A DNA stretch of 60,225 bases, the filler included, from Gonapodya sp. JEL0774 (Eukaryota): NCBI GenBank assembly GCA_027604505.1. It is 6 parts of 6 records of this genome, joined end to end, with 100 filler letters (N's around TTAATTAATTAA, not from the genome) between each part and the next. Parts side by side here need not be neighbours in the genome. Positions count along the whole stretch, not along the records: positions 10,106 to 20,084 come from JADIIX010000399.1; positions 20,185 to 30,143 come from JADIIX010000400.1; 4 more parts are not named here. One strand, 5' to 3'. This document shows positions 13,219-25,772 of this stretch, one piece after another (position 1 is the stretch's first letter; each line of letters begins with the position of its first letter). Under the pieces are notes generated by a model. That model was not told where the DNA came from. It saw only the letters and a list, made by a program, of their open reading frames with translations, and did not search any database. A program made the translations under genes and the position numbers.

Positions 13219-16116
13219 ATGTATGCGTCGAATGGCACCTTTGATTCGCCCCGCCGGCAAGGGTTCCAGTTGCATCGGCAGAGTGGCCGGCGGTTAGTCC
13301 GACCACCGGTGCCCTTGATTGCTGTCCTCCTGCTGTCGGTGATGCTTGCCGGGGTGCAGGGCCAGTCGCAGCAAGAGGATTGCGAAGTCGTCGAGAAGTT
13401 GTTTTTGTTCAAAGAGACGCTCATTCCTTGGCGAGTCGGGCAATGTTGGTGAGGTTTCGGTTCTGTACCTTATTTCGTCCCTGACCCCTTGCTGACCCGC
13501 AAACGAACAATGCCATGATCGATTCCGCGCGAATATATTATAATAAGCGGATCTACGTTTCCTCAAGGCAATATCTCTTGCACCCAGGCTGGCCGCGTGT
13601 CGCAAGTGTACTTGCCCAACATGGGGTTGGATTGGACCATTCCAGACCTCGTCACTGTCTCGCAACTCGAAGTCTTTTGGATGCCCAACAACTCGGTGGG
13701 TTTTTTTTTGAAAGAGTGCTGTATGTGACGCATACAGTCTGCGAAGCTCTTTGAACGTCGCTCATGACACCTTCCACATGCAAAAACAGATGTTCGGCAT
13801 CTTCCCTAACCTCACCGGACTCTCCAACCTGCGCATCTTCAACATCGCCTCAAACAAACTGGCAGATACTCTACCCAACATAACATACCTCCAATCGCTC
13901 ACCTACCTCAACCTCAGCAACAGCGGTGTGTTCGGGATCGTCGACACCCGTCTCCCCGCGTCACTCACCACCTGCAGTCTGCAAGGCTCTCGTGCGAGCG
14001 ATTTCGAAACGTGCTACTTTCTGTTTCCCCCGGCGTGCTCTGCGAACAACCAAACGTTTTACCAGTGGAAGAGCAGTTGCCCCGATAGCGACATTCCGGT
14101 ACCGGCACAGATCGCCGGTGCCTCCTCCTCGTCTGCTCTCCAAGCTCGAACCAGTGCGGGCTGTAAGTGTGGTTGAGCACACGGTAGTGCACTGAAATGT
14201 TTGAGCAGTTGTTGTTTTGGTGGTCACAAATCGTCATTGTCATCGTGTTCTGATTGGTATCGGTCCGCCTCTCACCTACCAGCTGGTTCCCCCGACACTT
14301 CACCTTCCCAAGCCATCTCGGCCCCGCCCCCCGCAGCCACAGCAACAGCAACCCAACCCATCGGTACCACCTCCTCTCCTTCCACATCACCAGCTTCCTC
14401 CGCACTCAACGTCCCGCTCATCGCAGGTATCGCCGGCGGGACCGTCGCGGTGCTGAGCGTCGTGGCAGGATTGGTCCTACCCAGAATCAGGAGGAGGAAC
14501 ATGGAGGCGAAATGGAAGCATATGGAGAGTACCAAAATGGACAACTTGGGAGGACCCAAGGGCGGTGACGACGGTACCGGTGGCAATGGGACGTTTACGT
14601 TTGGTAATTGTCAAGTGTTGGTGCCTCGCACCACGTCACCAGGGATTGCCCATGCACCTGTCATTGAACTTTTCTTTCTCACCTCACCCACGCTCGAACA
14701 GATTTCGCCGCAGGGAAGTTCGTCCCCTCCGCACCGGCGTCCGTTAGCGACGGCTCGAGCACCCTCAATAACTCGAGGACCGTCACCAATAGCAGCTCAA
14801 AGGCGTCTACAGTGGGGCGGACAATGAGCGGGACATTAACAGAGGTAGGAGGGCACTTGGTTTGTTGTCGGCAGAAATGGTGGGAAACTCATGCCTGTGG
14901 ACCACACCGCTCATCAACAACACTTGCCTTCCAATTTCCGTGCGCGCCGTAATTCGGGTCACATCTATCGCGCATGTGACATTTCTGTTCCCACCCATCT
15001 TGCATATCACACTTTCAGCCGCACTGTGAGTTTTGTATAGAATCTTCTCGCACACAGTTTTCTCAGTTCCAGAAATCCGACACAATGTCTGTTGAAATGC
15101 ATGCAGGGTTCTTCTTCCGCTGCGCCGCACCGCGGGATCTCGAGGATGAAGCCTTTGTCACCTACGAAGGGGAGGAGACGTTCCTTGTGTCACATAATGT
15201 GAGTTTTACTTATGTCTCACAATATTCATGTCTGATCCTGAACATACCGTAACTGGAACCGAACCTGTTTGGTGGCTCTTCTGCCGATCACACCAACGAC
15301 CCAGTTCGACCCATCCTCTGACGACGAAATCGCCCTCCACAAGGGCGACATCGTCCGCCCCAAAGTTGTCTTTCGAGACGGCTGGCTCGCCGTGGAAAAC
15401 GTGGACACGGGCGAATACGGCATGGTACCAACCGATTGCGTTAGGTTGGGTACCACCGTGCCCAGCGTTCCGCTCAACTTCGCCTCCAGGATAGAGTCCC
15501 AGGCACCGAGGTACACGGGCGTTATTGCTTCCAGAGGATACCACCTGGCAGGGATGGAGTCCTCGGCGGTGAGCCAGAGTGGGCATGCGGGGTACAGCAA
15601 AGAGTGGCTTCGAGTAGCGGGATCCAATTCGATGTCTGGGGATCTCGTGGGGCGCTATGCTATGCCGCAGAACGAGCCCGCCGGGTTGATGGATGGGAGT
15701 CGAGCGTACGGGAACGTGCCTTCGAGTTTCACTGTCATGGGGGCATCTCAGCGCTACAATGAGGGACTTATTGCTGAACGGCCGTGGCAGGGGCACCAAG
15801 GACGTTCTGTTGCGGTAAGTAGTGACTGGAAATTTCAACTGAGACAAGAGCTCCTTTCAAAATGGTGGCTCTGATTCGTTTGTGAATGTTACAGTCACTC
15901 CAAAGCGCATATGTTGATGTGCGTGGTGCGGTTGCGAGGTCGGGTCGACTTGGGCCGGATCCAAGAGTAACCGGACTGAGTAGCAAGGTAGAAACCGTTC
16001 GTGTGAGTATGGCAACCCACGCCGTAGCTTTTGCGGAATGCCAAGCTTGGACACAGGATGGTCAATCACGTGCAATGAGCTGCTTTGCTTTTTCTTTCCT
16101 CTTCCCCTTTCATTAG
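13219..16116 (+). CDS. LRR - Ser/Thr stalk - transmembrane - SH3 receptor-like protein, multi-exon; end approximate
   Basis: Signal-peptide-like LIAVLLLSVMLAGVQG, Cys cap DCEVV..PW..C, LRRs (LTGLSNLRIFNIASNKLADTLPNITYLQSLTYLNLSNS), S/T/P stalk, TM VPLIAGIAGGTVAVLSVVAGLVL followed by RIRRR, SH3 FDPSSDDEIALHKGD..DGW..GMVPTDCV. Confidence 0.75.
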
Positions 16117-18471
16117 TTGCAAAGTGCCCGCGTCGATGTTCGAGGACCTGCCACACAAGGCCTGTAGCGAAGGTCTGCTGGTGGTTTTGAAATGGAAATC
16201 CAACGTTTTGACTGGAACTGAGCACACCCTTATTGTAACGATTGTAATAACATGGTCTCCTATTTATTCGCTTGTGTGACACCGTCTTTTAGATATCACA
16301 TCTTTACCGTGTCCAGTAATAATGAACCGGGAGTTCCTTTGTTTTGTGTAGGAAAGCGCCTTGAAAGGGCATCATGATGATCGCCATATATTAGTGTGGG
16401 AGAATGGGCACAATCGGGTGGCCCATCCTTCTTGAATTACAGTAAGGACACTCGATACTCTGAGCTTTGTGGTCGCGTCCCCAAAAGGTACTCAGCAGGA
16501 GATCATGGTCGGTAACGACTGAAAAGGGCGTCTGCCACTGTTATGTAGCTGTCCTGGAATTGGGGAACCTTAGCCATACCTGTTTAATGAAATACTTACA
16601 CTACATAACTTATTGATGGCGTTTTCGAGGTGAAAGGTGATCAATACCTTTCCATGAGGCAACAACATTCTCACCTTGGTGTATGTAGTATTGGAAGTGC
16701 AGGCGGAGAGACCACAATGCCTCCGCCAGGAGTTGGCGATTCAGGATGGCCGGCCACAGATTAAAGAAATTAGAAGTTCCGAACATCCTCCAATCGATCT
16801 ATCACTGATGAGTTCGGTTGCGAAGAGTATGGAAAGGAGGCCAGCAGTGATCTGGGGTGGGAGAGGCACCCAGAAACCACGTCGAACTTGTATTTTCTGT
16901 CGTCAGTCTTTATGCACTCACGAGAGGTGATGTGTGGCCATCACACTTCAACGTTTTTCCCCTTCACGTAGCGGGGGTCAGCAGGAGAGTGGTCCGCGGG
17001 AGGCAAGGACGGCGCTGAGAGCGAATGTGGTGTACGAAGACAGGTGCAGTATTTTTTCGCATTCATGTTAATCTACTCAAAGAGCATAATCAGGTGACCA
17101 TCTGAAACAGGGTTATGGCGCGTGGAACTCACTTGTAAATTTATTTTTGTCTCCTGTCCGCATTTCCATTCACCCATACACCCTCATGCCAGCTTGTTCG
17201 TTCATTCCACAAGCTCGTTTGTTACACTTCCTTTGTCTCGCACTTCTCCCACCACGACTGGCCTTGGTCCTTCCCAGCCTCACCCATTTGTGAGACCACA
17301 ATTCAAGTCCTCGCACAGGTTTCATCTCGTGGAAGTGGCCCTCTGCTCCAGAAGAGACTCAACAAACACTGGAACGGTGGTCACTCCTTTCACGGGGGAT
17401 CCACCCCTCGAATACGACCTCGAGGCGTCTGACATCTCGCCCCCGAGTGCCCCGCGCCACGGAGGGCGACTCCGATACTTCAGCGTGGAGTGTACCAGAC
17501 CGCCGTCCACCTGTTTGGTGATGATCAGTCGAGCAGTAGAGGGATCTGGGGCCCGAGGGGTTACAACAGACGTGAGCCCGTGCCACGGACAAAATATGCC
17601 GATAACGTAAGATTTCAAGATAGAATTGAGTTCAATGCGGGGATAAAGAACCTCAGAGAGAGCTCGTAGCTTCCGGTAGTGCACGGGTGGGGGATTTGTG
17701 AGTTGAACTATCGCAGCCCGTCGAGGTCATCAAGGACTGGTAACGAGTTGGTTGGAGTGAGGAACTTGGGAGCAGCAAATCATGGAGACTGGGTGTGGTA
17801 TAAGAAGATTCAGGATGCAGTAAATCGACATGAATTTCGTCCGAACATGGCTGACAAAATTTGCAGCACCAGGCTTCAATGAACTTAGCCTCTATGAGGA
17901 CGAGGCTCCCCTTGTGTAGACCAGAGATTTCCAGAAGCGTAGACTGGGGCCTGCCCTGCGATCGTTTGTTCGGGAAAAGAGTGAGAACGTGGATTTTCTG
18001 GATTCGGAAGATGCATTTCGACATGATCTACAATGGTGTGGGACGTACGAGAGTGAGAACGGAATATGGTGGTATCTGCTCGTGGAAGCGTTCAGAAATT
18101 TGACCACATCAGTACACATACCCACTCGGAGAAACGGTCACGCACACCAACAGATTTCATTCACGTACGTTGTATTTGCATAGGGATACAATACCCACCA
18201 GCTTCGTACAGTAGTGAGTTGACGATGCTGGGTTCAATCCACGATGGGTATCAGAGGTGAAGCTCGTTCGAGAGGGGGACCAAGGAAGCAAGGGAAAAGT
18301 TACAAGAGCGCGGAGAAGAAAAAAATTTAACAATTTCTATTTGGAAGTTGCAAAGACTCGCTAATAATTAGTGTGTAAATTCAGAGTTCCGTTGGTTCAT
18401 GGTGCTGAGAAACAGATCATTAAAAATCATACAACCTAGTCACCACATTCGGGTCACATTTGTCATTCAAA

Positions 18472-19523
18472 ATGGCACCAAAGCGCAAAAATTCGTCTAG
18501 CAAAAGGTCCTCCAAGTCTCACAACAAGGAGCGATCGGCGGAAGAAACAGCAGAAGGGACAGGGAGCGATGTGGAAATGGTCGAGGCATCCACAGCCGAG
18601 AACACCGGAGAGACGATAGAATCAGCATCATCGGTGAAGGGAACGGAAAATTCAAATCTGGAGGGTGAAGTTGTGGAAATCTCTGACGGGACGGCTGATG
18701 GTAGAGGTGGGTTATTGATGGTTGTAAATGACCACATATCTTGGACCTTGTTACTTTGAAAACCCGCCAGATGGTCGGTCTCGGTCAGCCAAGCGACCTC
18801 GACGTGGTGCTGGAACAAAAGTGACCGTGACTGCAAGCGATGCAGTTATCGCAGCAGATATCCCCCCTGAAACTGAAACGAGACGATCCGCTCGCTCGAT
18901 GTCGGCTACCACTGCTGCAGCCGTGAAGAAGGCTGTGGAAATGGATGAAGCCAATGAAGTGAGCGATGATATGGAAGAAGTGGAAGTTTGGAGTCGAGGG
19001 AAACGTTGGGATGGGACCCCGAAGTCAGGGGGAAAGCAGGCAGGTCAGTCAGGGAAGGGGAAGAAAGCAAAAACTTGGGACTGGTCTTTGGAAGGCGCCA
19101 TGACGAAGATGGATGGGGGACTCGCGAAGGCTGTGAGCTCTCCGGCTGATATGTCAGACCAAATCAATGCTATTGGACGCGTGAGTCAAAACAGTGTCAT
19201 TCGACAAGCGACCTCTTGCCTCTTAACGTACTGTCCATACTATCCAGAAACTGCTCCATATCAATACTTTCAATATGCTCCCCGAATCCGACAGAAAAGA
19301 ACTCTCCGATCTCCTACTCGACCTTGAATCCCCGCTTTCCAACCCCAAACCTGCCGACCAAGTGTCACAAGTCGAAGCATTGCCGCAGGTGGACGTTACG
19401 GTGGTCGGGCAAGCGGGTTCGTCGGATGTGAGAGAACAGACCTCGGGCAGTGCAAGTGGACATGCGGTAGATGAGAAAGATGAGCACATTGAGACCTCTC
19501 TGGACGCGATAATGGCTGGGTAA
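18472..19523 (+). CDS. Hypothetical low-complexity, probably nuclear protein (spliced)
   Basis: MAPKRKNSSSKRSSK (NLS-like) followed by acidic/basic low-complexity ORFs 18460-18759, 18728-19327, 19275-19523 separated by GT..AG intervals; no family recognised. Confidence 0.4.
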
Positions 19524-20084
19524 TTTTAATCATGCTTTGGGTTTGTATTTGCTTTGATTTTACAATGATTGCGTAAATACATTTCGTTTGAGAACCTCCC
19601 TCTATTGAATCTGAGACATTGGCCGCCTTTGTCCGTGAGCGAGGGCGCCACTAGAGTGTATCACGGATAGATGGGCGGTTAGCGCGCTCAACGTGGCGGG
19701 TATCCCCCATCTCAAGCGGGCTTCCGGGGTGGGAGGTGCGGGCAGGCATTGTATAGTTTGGAATTGCGGAACTCAAGCCTTTCCGAATACCGCACTGGAT
19801 CTTGTGGAATCTGCGGCTCACCAGAGGGCCGCGCGAGTAGAACCCTGTGTTGTTTGCGAGAGAGAAATGATGCGCAGAAGACTTCCTTTGGGATGGTGTC
19901 CATCAAAACAGGTGACTTTACAATCACTTCAATAACAAATCAATTCAAAAGGCGATTGATCCGCGACATCACTACGATCAATGAGTTTGTTTGTTTTATT
20001 GAAAGACGCAAATTTGTGCATTAACATGGTTGGAGAAAAATCTGATGAAGCAAACGGAAAATTGGACACTTCACGCCTTCGATT

Positions 20085-20184
20085 NNNNNNNNNNNNNNNN
20101 NNNNNNNNNNNNNNNNNNNNNNNNNNNNTTAATTAATTAANNNNNNNNNNNNNNNNNNNNNNNNNNNNNNNNNNNNNNNNNNNN
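20085..20184. other. Artificial contig spacer
   Basis: N44-TTAATTAATTAA-N44. Confidence 0.98.
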
Positions 20185-20198
20185 TAAAGGCTCGCTTT

Positions 20199-21831
20199 AT
20201 GGACTTCGCTTACGAGGAAACTCTCTACGAGGATCACTATTTCATTTGTGTGCTTGTGCACATCTCAATCCCCGCCGCTGTCACTGCAACCAACACCCAA
20301 CCCGAAATCTACTACCCAAAGTGGGCGGCTTGCAAATGTAACAACGAGCAGGCGTTATCCATCTCTACCGATTTTCACCGAAGCCTTCAAGCAGCCGGTC
20401 TTCCGCGAAACTCACGGAATCTTCGCATTGGCTTCGTGTCGGCACACCAGCCCATTATTTACCCCTCGACAATTCCGAACACCCTCCGCGGATTAACAAC
20501 CAACGTCGCACTCGCGGGACCCAACAGCAACCTCGATTTAATTACTCCTGTATCGGCAGCGCTTATACCATTTATTGTCGACGACCAAGGCATCTTCCCA
20601 AACCTTGTTGACATTATCCTTCCAGCAAACCGATTTCCATCTTTACGAAATCTTAAGCCGTTTACTGACCCCTCACACGTGGGCGGAAATTCTCGCCCAA
20701 ACCTTCCGTGCTGGTAATGAGGAGCCTCTCAAGTTTGCGGCGAGGGCATCTATCAAGTTGATCAACGGTGGGCCAAGGGCAAAACGTGCTATTGACAAGC
20801 TGCAGGCGGATGTTTGATACCCGGTGATTGCATCTTTGGAAGATTTTTTGTATCTTTTCGTCGAAGCGGCAAGCGAGCGAACGGACGAATACGTCGCAAA
20901 ATTGAGCATGGACACGTACAGACCAGATCACTTGGCGTCGGTGGAATCACAAATTGGGGAGACAATGGATCGGATTCAAAATTGGAGAAACTGCAAACCC
21001 GAAGTGGTGAACGCCATTGCGAATCGAGAAGGAACAGCATACGACCAAATCAAGTCGGCAGTCTCGAAAGCATGGCCGTCTTCGCCCAACGCCAATATGG
21101 CCATACAAAAGCATCAATCTATTGAGGATATGTTCCAAGTCATTCGGGATCAACAGATTGCGGATCTCAATGCAAACAAAGTTACAATCGCTGATAGTGT
21201 CATCGGACTCAACGTGGTCAAGGCACCAAGTTTCCTCGCACCGGCCACACGCCCCGCCACCCCAACACCTCTTCCTTCTTTGGGTCGCACTTTTGCTCCG
21301 CCTTTCAATGATTCTTACAGTAGTCGCAACCGCAGTATGCTGGCCTTACTCGCGGATCCCCCACAGGGTCAAGCGATACCTTCCCCACCGCAGCCTCAAC
21401 CCTCAACACCCTGTTGGAACTGTGGACTTGAGGATGGGCATTGGGCAAATGATTGTAAATCAACAGTGGACATTGGCGATGCAAAGGATTTCATGCGGGT
21501 GTTTAAGTTTGCGCCTCCAAAGTGGACACCCGGCACCCCCTACCAGGCTCCCTACCATATCCGCCGCATGATTGATTGAGAATTGGCAAGGATTGCAAAT
21601 TGAGCGCAATTGTACAACAACACTCAGATGAACAGAAGGGGTCGGGGAGCACCGGCAAATAATGGAAGAAACACGGATGCGAACAGGGCAAAAGTGAGGT
21701 TCCAGAAGGATTTGTTAACGATTTATGCGGATCAGTCCAACACGGAGGGCGTGAACAATCTGACAGAGGAACAAATGGAGGATTTCATGCAGTTGGACGA
21801 TGATGACGATGAATTCAATTCTCGTGAGTAG
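20199..21831 (+). pseudogene. gag: gag of gypsy family A
   Basis: ORFs 20575-20817, 20824-21579 and 21610-21831 share one frame broken only by TGA codons; zinc knuckle CWNCGLEDGHWANDC; frameshift near 20650. Confidence 0.8.
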
Positions 21832-22341
21832 TTAATGATCAGATGTAATCCTTTTTAATCGGTGAATGCATTAAAGAAGTCGAAGTACACACACGGAAGA
21901 CCGCATGAGGTTGACGTAGTACGGTGATGCATGAGGGAAGACCCGGAATTAGCAAGTGGGCAGAGGGGCCCATGAGTGGGAGAGCCCACGAGCCAGGGGA
22001 TGGCGAACCTCACTGCCGGACCCTCATGCATGCATTGGTACGTGACCGCCTCACGGCAGATGTGAAGCGTGGGAATCTAACAATCGGAGCAAGGGATCGC
22101 TGAGGAAGCATACCCTTGGGCGCAGCGGCAGATGTGTACGGGCATGCCTGTAGCCGGACAAGTCAGGGGATGCCTGGTCTCCATCTTATTGTTATGGGAA
22201 CTACTCGGAGTGTGCTTTCTAGAAGTTATACAGGGGCTGGCCACCCTTGCATCTAGAGCACCTGCGTTGTGTACTCAAAGAGTTGCAAAGATGCGTCAAC
22301 ACATTTTGAACATTTTACTGGCCGATTTCTTTTATCGACAG
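21824..22341 (+). other. Predicted 518-nt gag-pol intron with structured RNA
   Basis: GTGAGT donor inside CGT GAG TAG; TTTCTTTTATCGACAG acceptor; both phase 1, giving an in-frame gag-pol join. Confidence 0.65.
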
Positions 22342-25300
22342 GTATTAAACGACAACGCCGCACTCAAGAAATCTGGAATTTGGCTCTCCCAGAAAAATCA
22401 CACGACGAAATTCAGGATCCCATGGATCTCTCGGTAAACAATACCACACAAAGCACCGACAGGAAAGATCAAACGGACCTATCTGAAAATAACCCCAATA
22501 ATTCAAACGATATTCATACTGATGTTTTGATCTTAGGAACGTCAAACGAATCGACTAATTCGCCGTCACATAAAGTTCTGGCATCTATGGGTCCTCGCCC
22601 TCCCCGTGAGGCCTTCCCACGTCCACCGCGATCACGCCGAATCGATTTCTTGCAATCACATGCAAATATCCAACACGAATTGGACGACATTCACTCGCTA
22701 GATGAATACACGGATATGTCTGGCTACTGGTGTGCGGCAGAAATACAGGGCAGCGTCGCAGATCTGCCACAGCAACCGATTATACAAGACTCCGGAGCAG
22801 CTCTCTCAGCAATGAGTGAACAATATTTCCGTCGCCATTTTAAGGATCGAAATCTTGAGGCTTGGGGCAATGCTGCAATCACTGTGGGCAATGGCCAGGC
22901 CACAATACCTCGCGGTCGCCTCCGCCTCAAACTAAATGTCAGCGGAAAGGAGGGTTTTCTCAGCTTCGCAGTTATCTCGGGGCTACCACATGATCTTATA
23001 GCTGGCGTTGATTTCTTACGAGTCTTCAGAGCTGTAGTGGACTATGACAAAGGTTGGATCGCGTTCCGGAATCCAGAAACTAAGGAACTCGAACGTAAAA
23101 CTAGAGTTCGAATTACAAATGGAACTAAACTTTTGCGCACCAGACAACTCGTGCTCTCAGAGAACATTCACCTCAAGGATGGTGACGGTGCTGTGGCCCA
23201 CGTACAGGACGCACTCCTCTCAACACGACGATGGGTCGGAAAAATGTGGATAACTAGGCATCGTACTTCAGCAGTGAAACATGGTATCTATGCAGCCAAC
23301 CTCGTGTATCCTATGGCACAAGGAAAAGCCAAAGCGTTCTTACAGAACTTCTCGGGCAACGACATCACTCTTAAAGCAGGTACTCCAGTAGCAGAATTTG
23401 AGCCTCATCACAGCTCGGAAGTTATCGCGCTAAAATGCGATCCGTTGGACGACTTGGACAATATCGTTAAGGAGGTTGCAAAAACTGTTGGTGCACCAAA
23501 CGCCGACAGTCCCCTTGCCCAAACACCCCTTCCAACTCGCGAACAAATTAAGGAACTCCTTGAAAAGGAAAGCGCAACTGAGATTTATTTACCAGAAAAC
23601 CCGATCGAAAATCTGGACTTCGCAAAAGCCAACGGCATCACAATGCAACAATGCAATTTCTTAACGCGATTCATGCACGACCGATACCGCGATGTGTTCT
23701 CTCAAGGATCGATTCCGGGAACAATCAAAGGGGTGACACACAAAATTGACACTGGCACGCACCCACCAATCGCAATACCGCCCCGCCGCACCGCACATAA
23801 AGAGATTGGAATAATCTGCGAACATGTCAAAACAATGCTAGCTGATCATATAATACAACCGTCCTCTCCCCCTTGGGCAGCTCCGGTTGTACTAGCACCT
23901 AAGAAGGACTGGAAGATACGATTCTGTGTGGATTACCGCAGATTAAATGCGATAACCGTGAAAGATAGATATCCCCTACCTCAAATCGACACCGCCCTTG
24001 ATTCTCTACAGGGAGCGAGATTTGTGTCGACTCTTGATGTAACGTGGAGTTACTGGAACGTCCCAATCGATCCTGCCGACGTACCCAAAACGGCGTTGCT
24101 GACGCCTGACGGACTGTTGGAATTCATACGAATACCATTCGGATTGACAAACGCCCTGGCAGCATGACAACGATTAATGGATGCAATTCTGGCTGGCGTT
24201 AAGTGGATAAGTTGTCTTGTTTACATGGATGACATCATAGTATTTTCTCCAACATTCGAGCAACACGTGCTGGATATCGCAGCAGTTTTCAATCGTGTTC
24301 GAGACGCTGGATTAAAACTCCGTGCTGCAAAATGCACTTTCTGTCAAGTGGAAACTGAGTACTTGGGGCACTTGGTCACCAACGATGGACAGATTAAGAT
24401 GGACCCCAAGAAAGTCGAAGCTATTAGGCGCTACCTGATCCCAAAGAACGTCAACGAGCTCTATTCATTCTTGGGACACGCTGGATATTATCGGCATTTC
24501 ATCGAGAAATTCGCTGACATATCATGGTTACTTTGGCAACAAACACGCAAAACCGCCACATGGCAATGGGATAAGTCCCACAACGATGCATTCAACAAAC
24601 TCAAAGACGCTCTAACTTCAAACCCTGTCTTGAGAAGGGCCGACTTCAATGGAAAATTTATCGTTCAAACTGATGCATCTGGTGCCGCCATCTCTGGCGT
24701 TCTAACTCAAAAGAACGACAACGGCAAGGAATACGTGGTCGCGTACACCAGCAGCAGTCTCACTGATTCTGAACAGAAGTGGGACGTAAGGGAACGTGAA
24801 GCATTGGCAATAATTTGGGCTTGCGAATCATTCAGGGCGTATGTTTACAGCGTACCATTCGAGGTCCAACCAGACCACAAATCACTGGAATGGCTCAAAA
24901 ATACAACAAGCTATGGACGATTAGGAAGATGGGTCTTACGATTGGCAGAATTCAACTTCGAGCTTAAATACCGACCCCGACATCTCAACCAAAACACGGA
25001 CGCTTTCACCCACGTCCCTCAACCTGTACCCGCGACCGAAGCCGATCTCGACCCTCACCCTATCTATCTTATCCAGAATTTCCCATCGAATTTGTTATTC
25101 TTATCGCCAACTCAATTGCCGGAGCAAACATTCCAACAGTTATCGCCGTTACTCACCGCTCTCAACATCGCCCCTCTTTCGTATGAAAGAGATCTCGCAG
25201 ATCCCACTTACACCGAAGCCTTTGCACAAGCACAACGCTCAGATCCATTTTACGGTCCGATTTACAAATATCTCGCTACAACACCACCTCCAGCTAATAC

Positions 25301-25772
25301 ACCGACACGTATTGTTAAATTGGCCAAACACCACGAGCTCATGCAACCTCAAGGCCTACTCATACATAAATCTTCTATCGCAATCAACAAAGTTTTCCAC
25401 GATGTCAAACAACTTTGCGTTCCGAGGACAAGGGTCGAAGATGTTCTTTGCATGAGTCACAAAGACCTGACAGCAGGACACGTCGGAATGAACAGGATGT
25501 GGAATCTTTTACGACAGCGATTTTATTGGAAGAAAATGTCACGCGATTGCAGACGATGGGTCAATGGATGTCTTACGTGTCAAAGCAGAAAACTGCCGAA
25601 ACCAACAAACCCAGTGCACCTACACGCACACAACATGGACGACTACCAACCCTTTGATCACATCGCAATGGATATAATCGGGCGATTCCCAACAATGGGA
25701 AGGGGAAATGTATATCTACTAATTCTCGTATGCATCTTCACACAATGGGCTGAGGCCATCCCTATCCCTGAC
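22342..25772 (+). pseudogene. pol: pol of gypsy family A (protease, dUTPase-like linker, RT, RNase H, partial integrase)
   Basis: IIQDSGAALSAMSE (PR), RFCVDYRRLN, YMDDIIVFS (RT), TDASGAAISGVL (RH), H..GHVG..CLTCQ (IN Zn finger), IAMDIIG. Confidence 0.93.

Larger units (their letters stand above)
20185..25772 (+). mobile_element. Ty3/gypsy LTR retrotransposon family A, degenerate; LTRs not in contig, truncated in integrase
   Basis: Order gag(CCHC)-PR-RT-RH-IN; in-frame TGA stops at 20815, 21577 and 24165. Confidence 0.93.

Noticed and set aside
16539..17568. Solo LTR (TGTT...AACA)
   Set aside because: Flanks GCCAC and GACGT do not match, and no second copy or adjacent gag supports it
21577..21579. 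Programmed stop-codon readthrough at in-frame TGA codons in family A gag (also 20815)
   Set aside because: Single CpG transitions from CGA explain them, matching the decay pattern elsewhere
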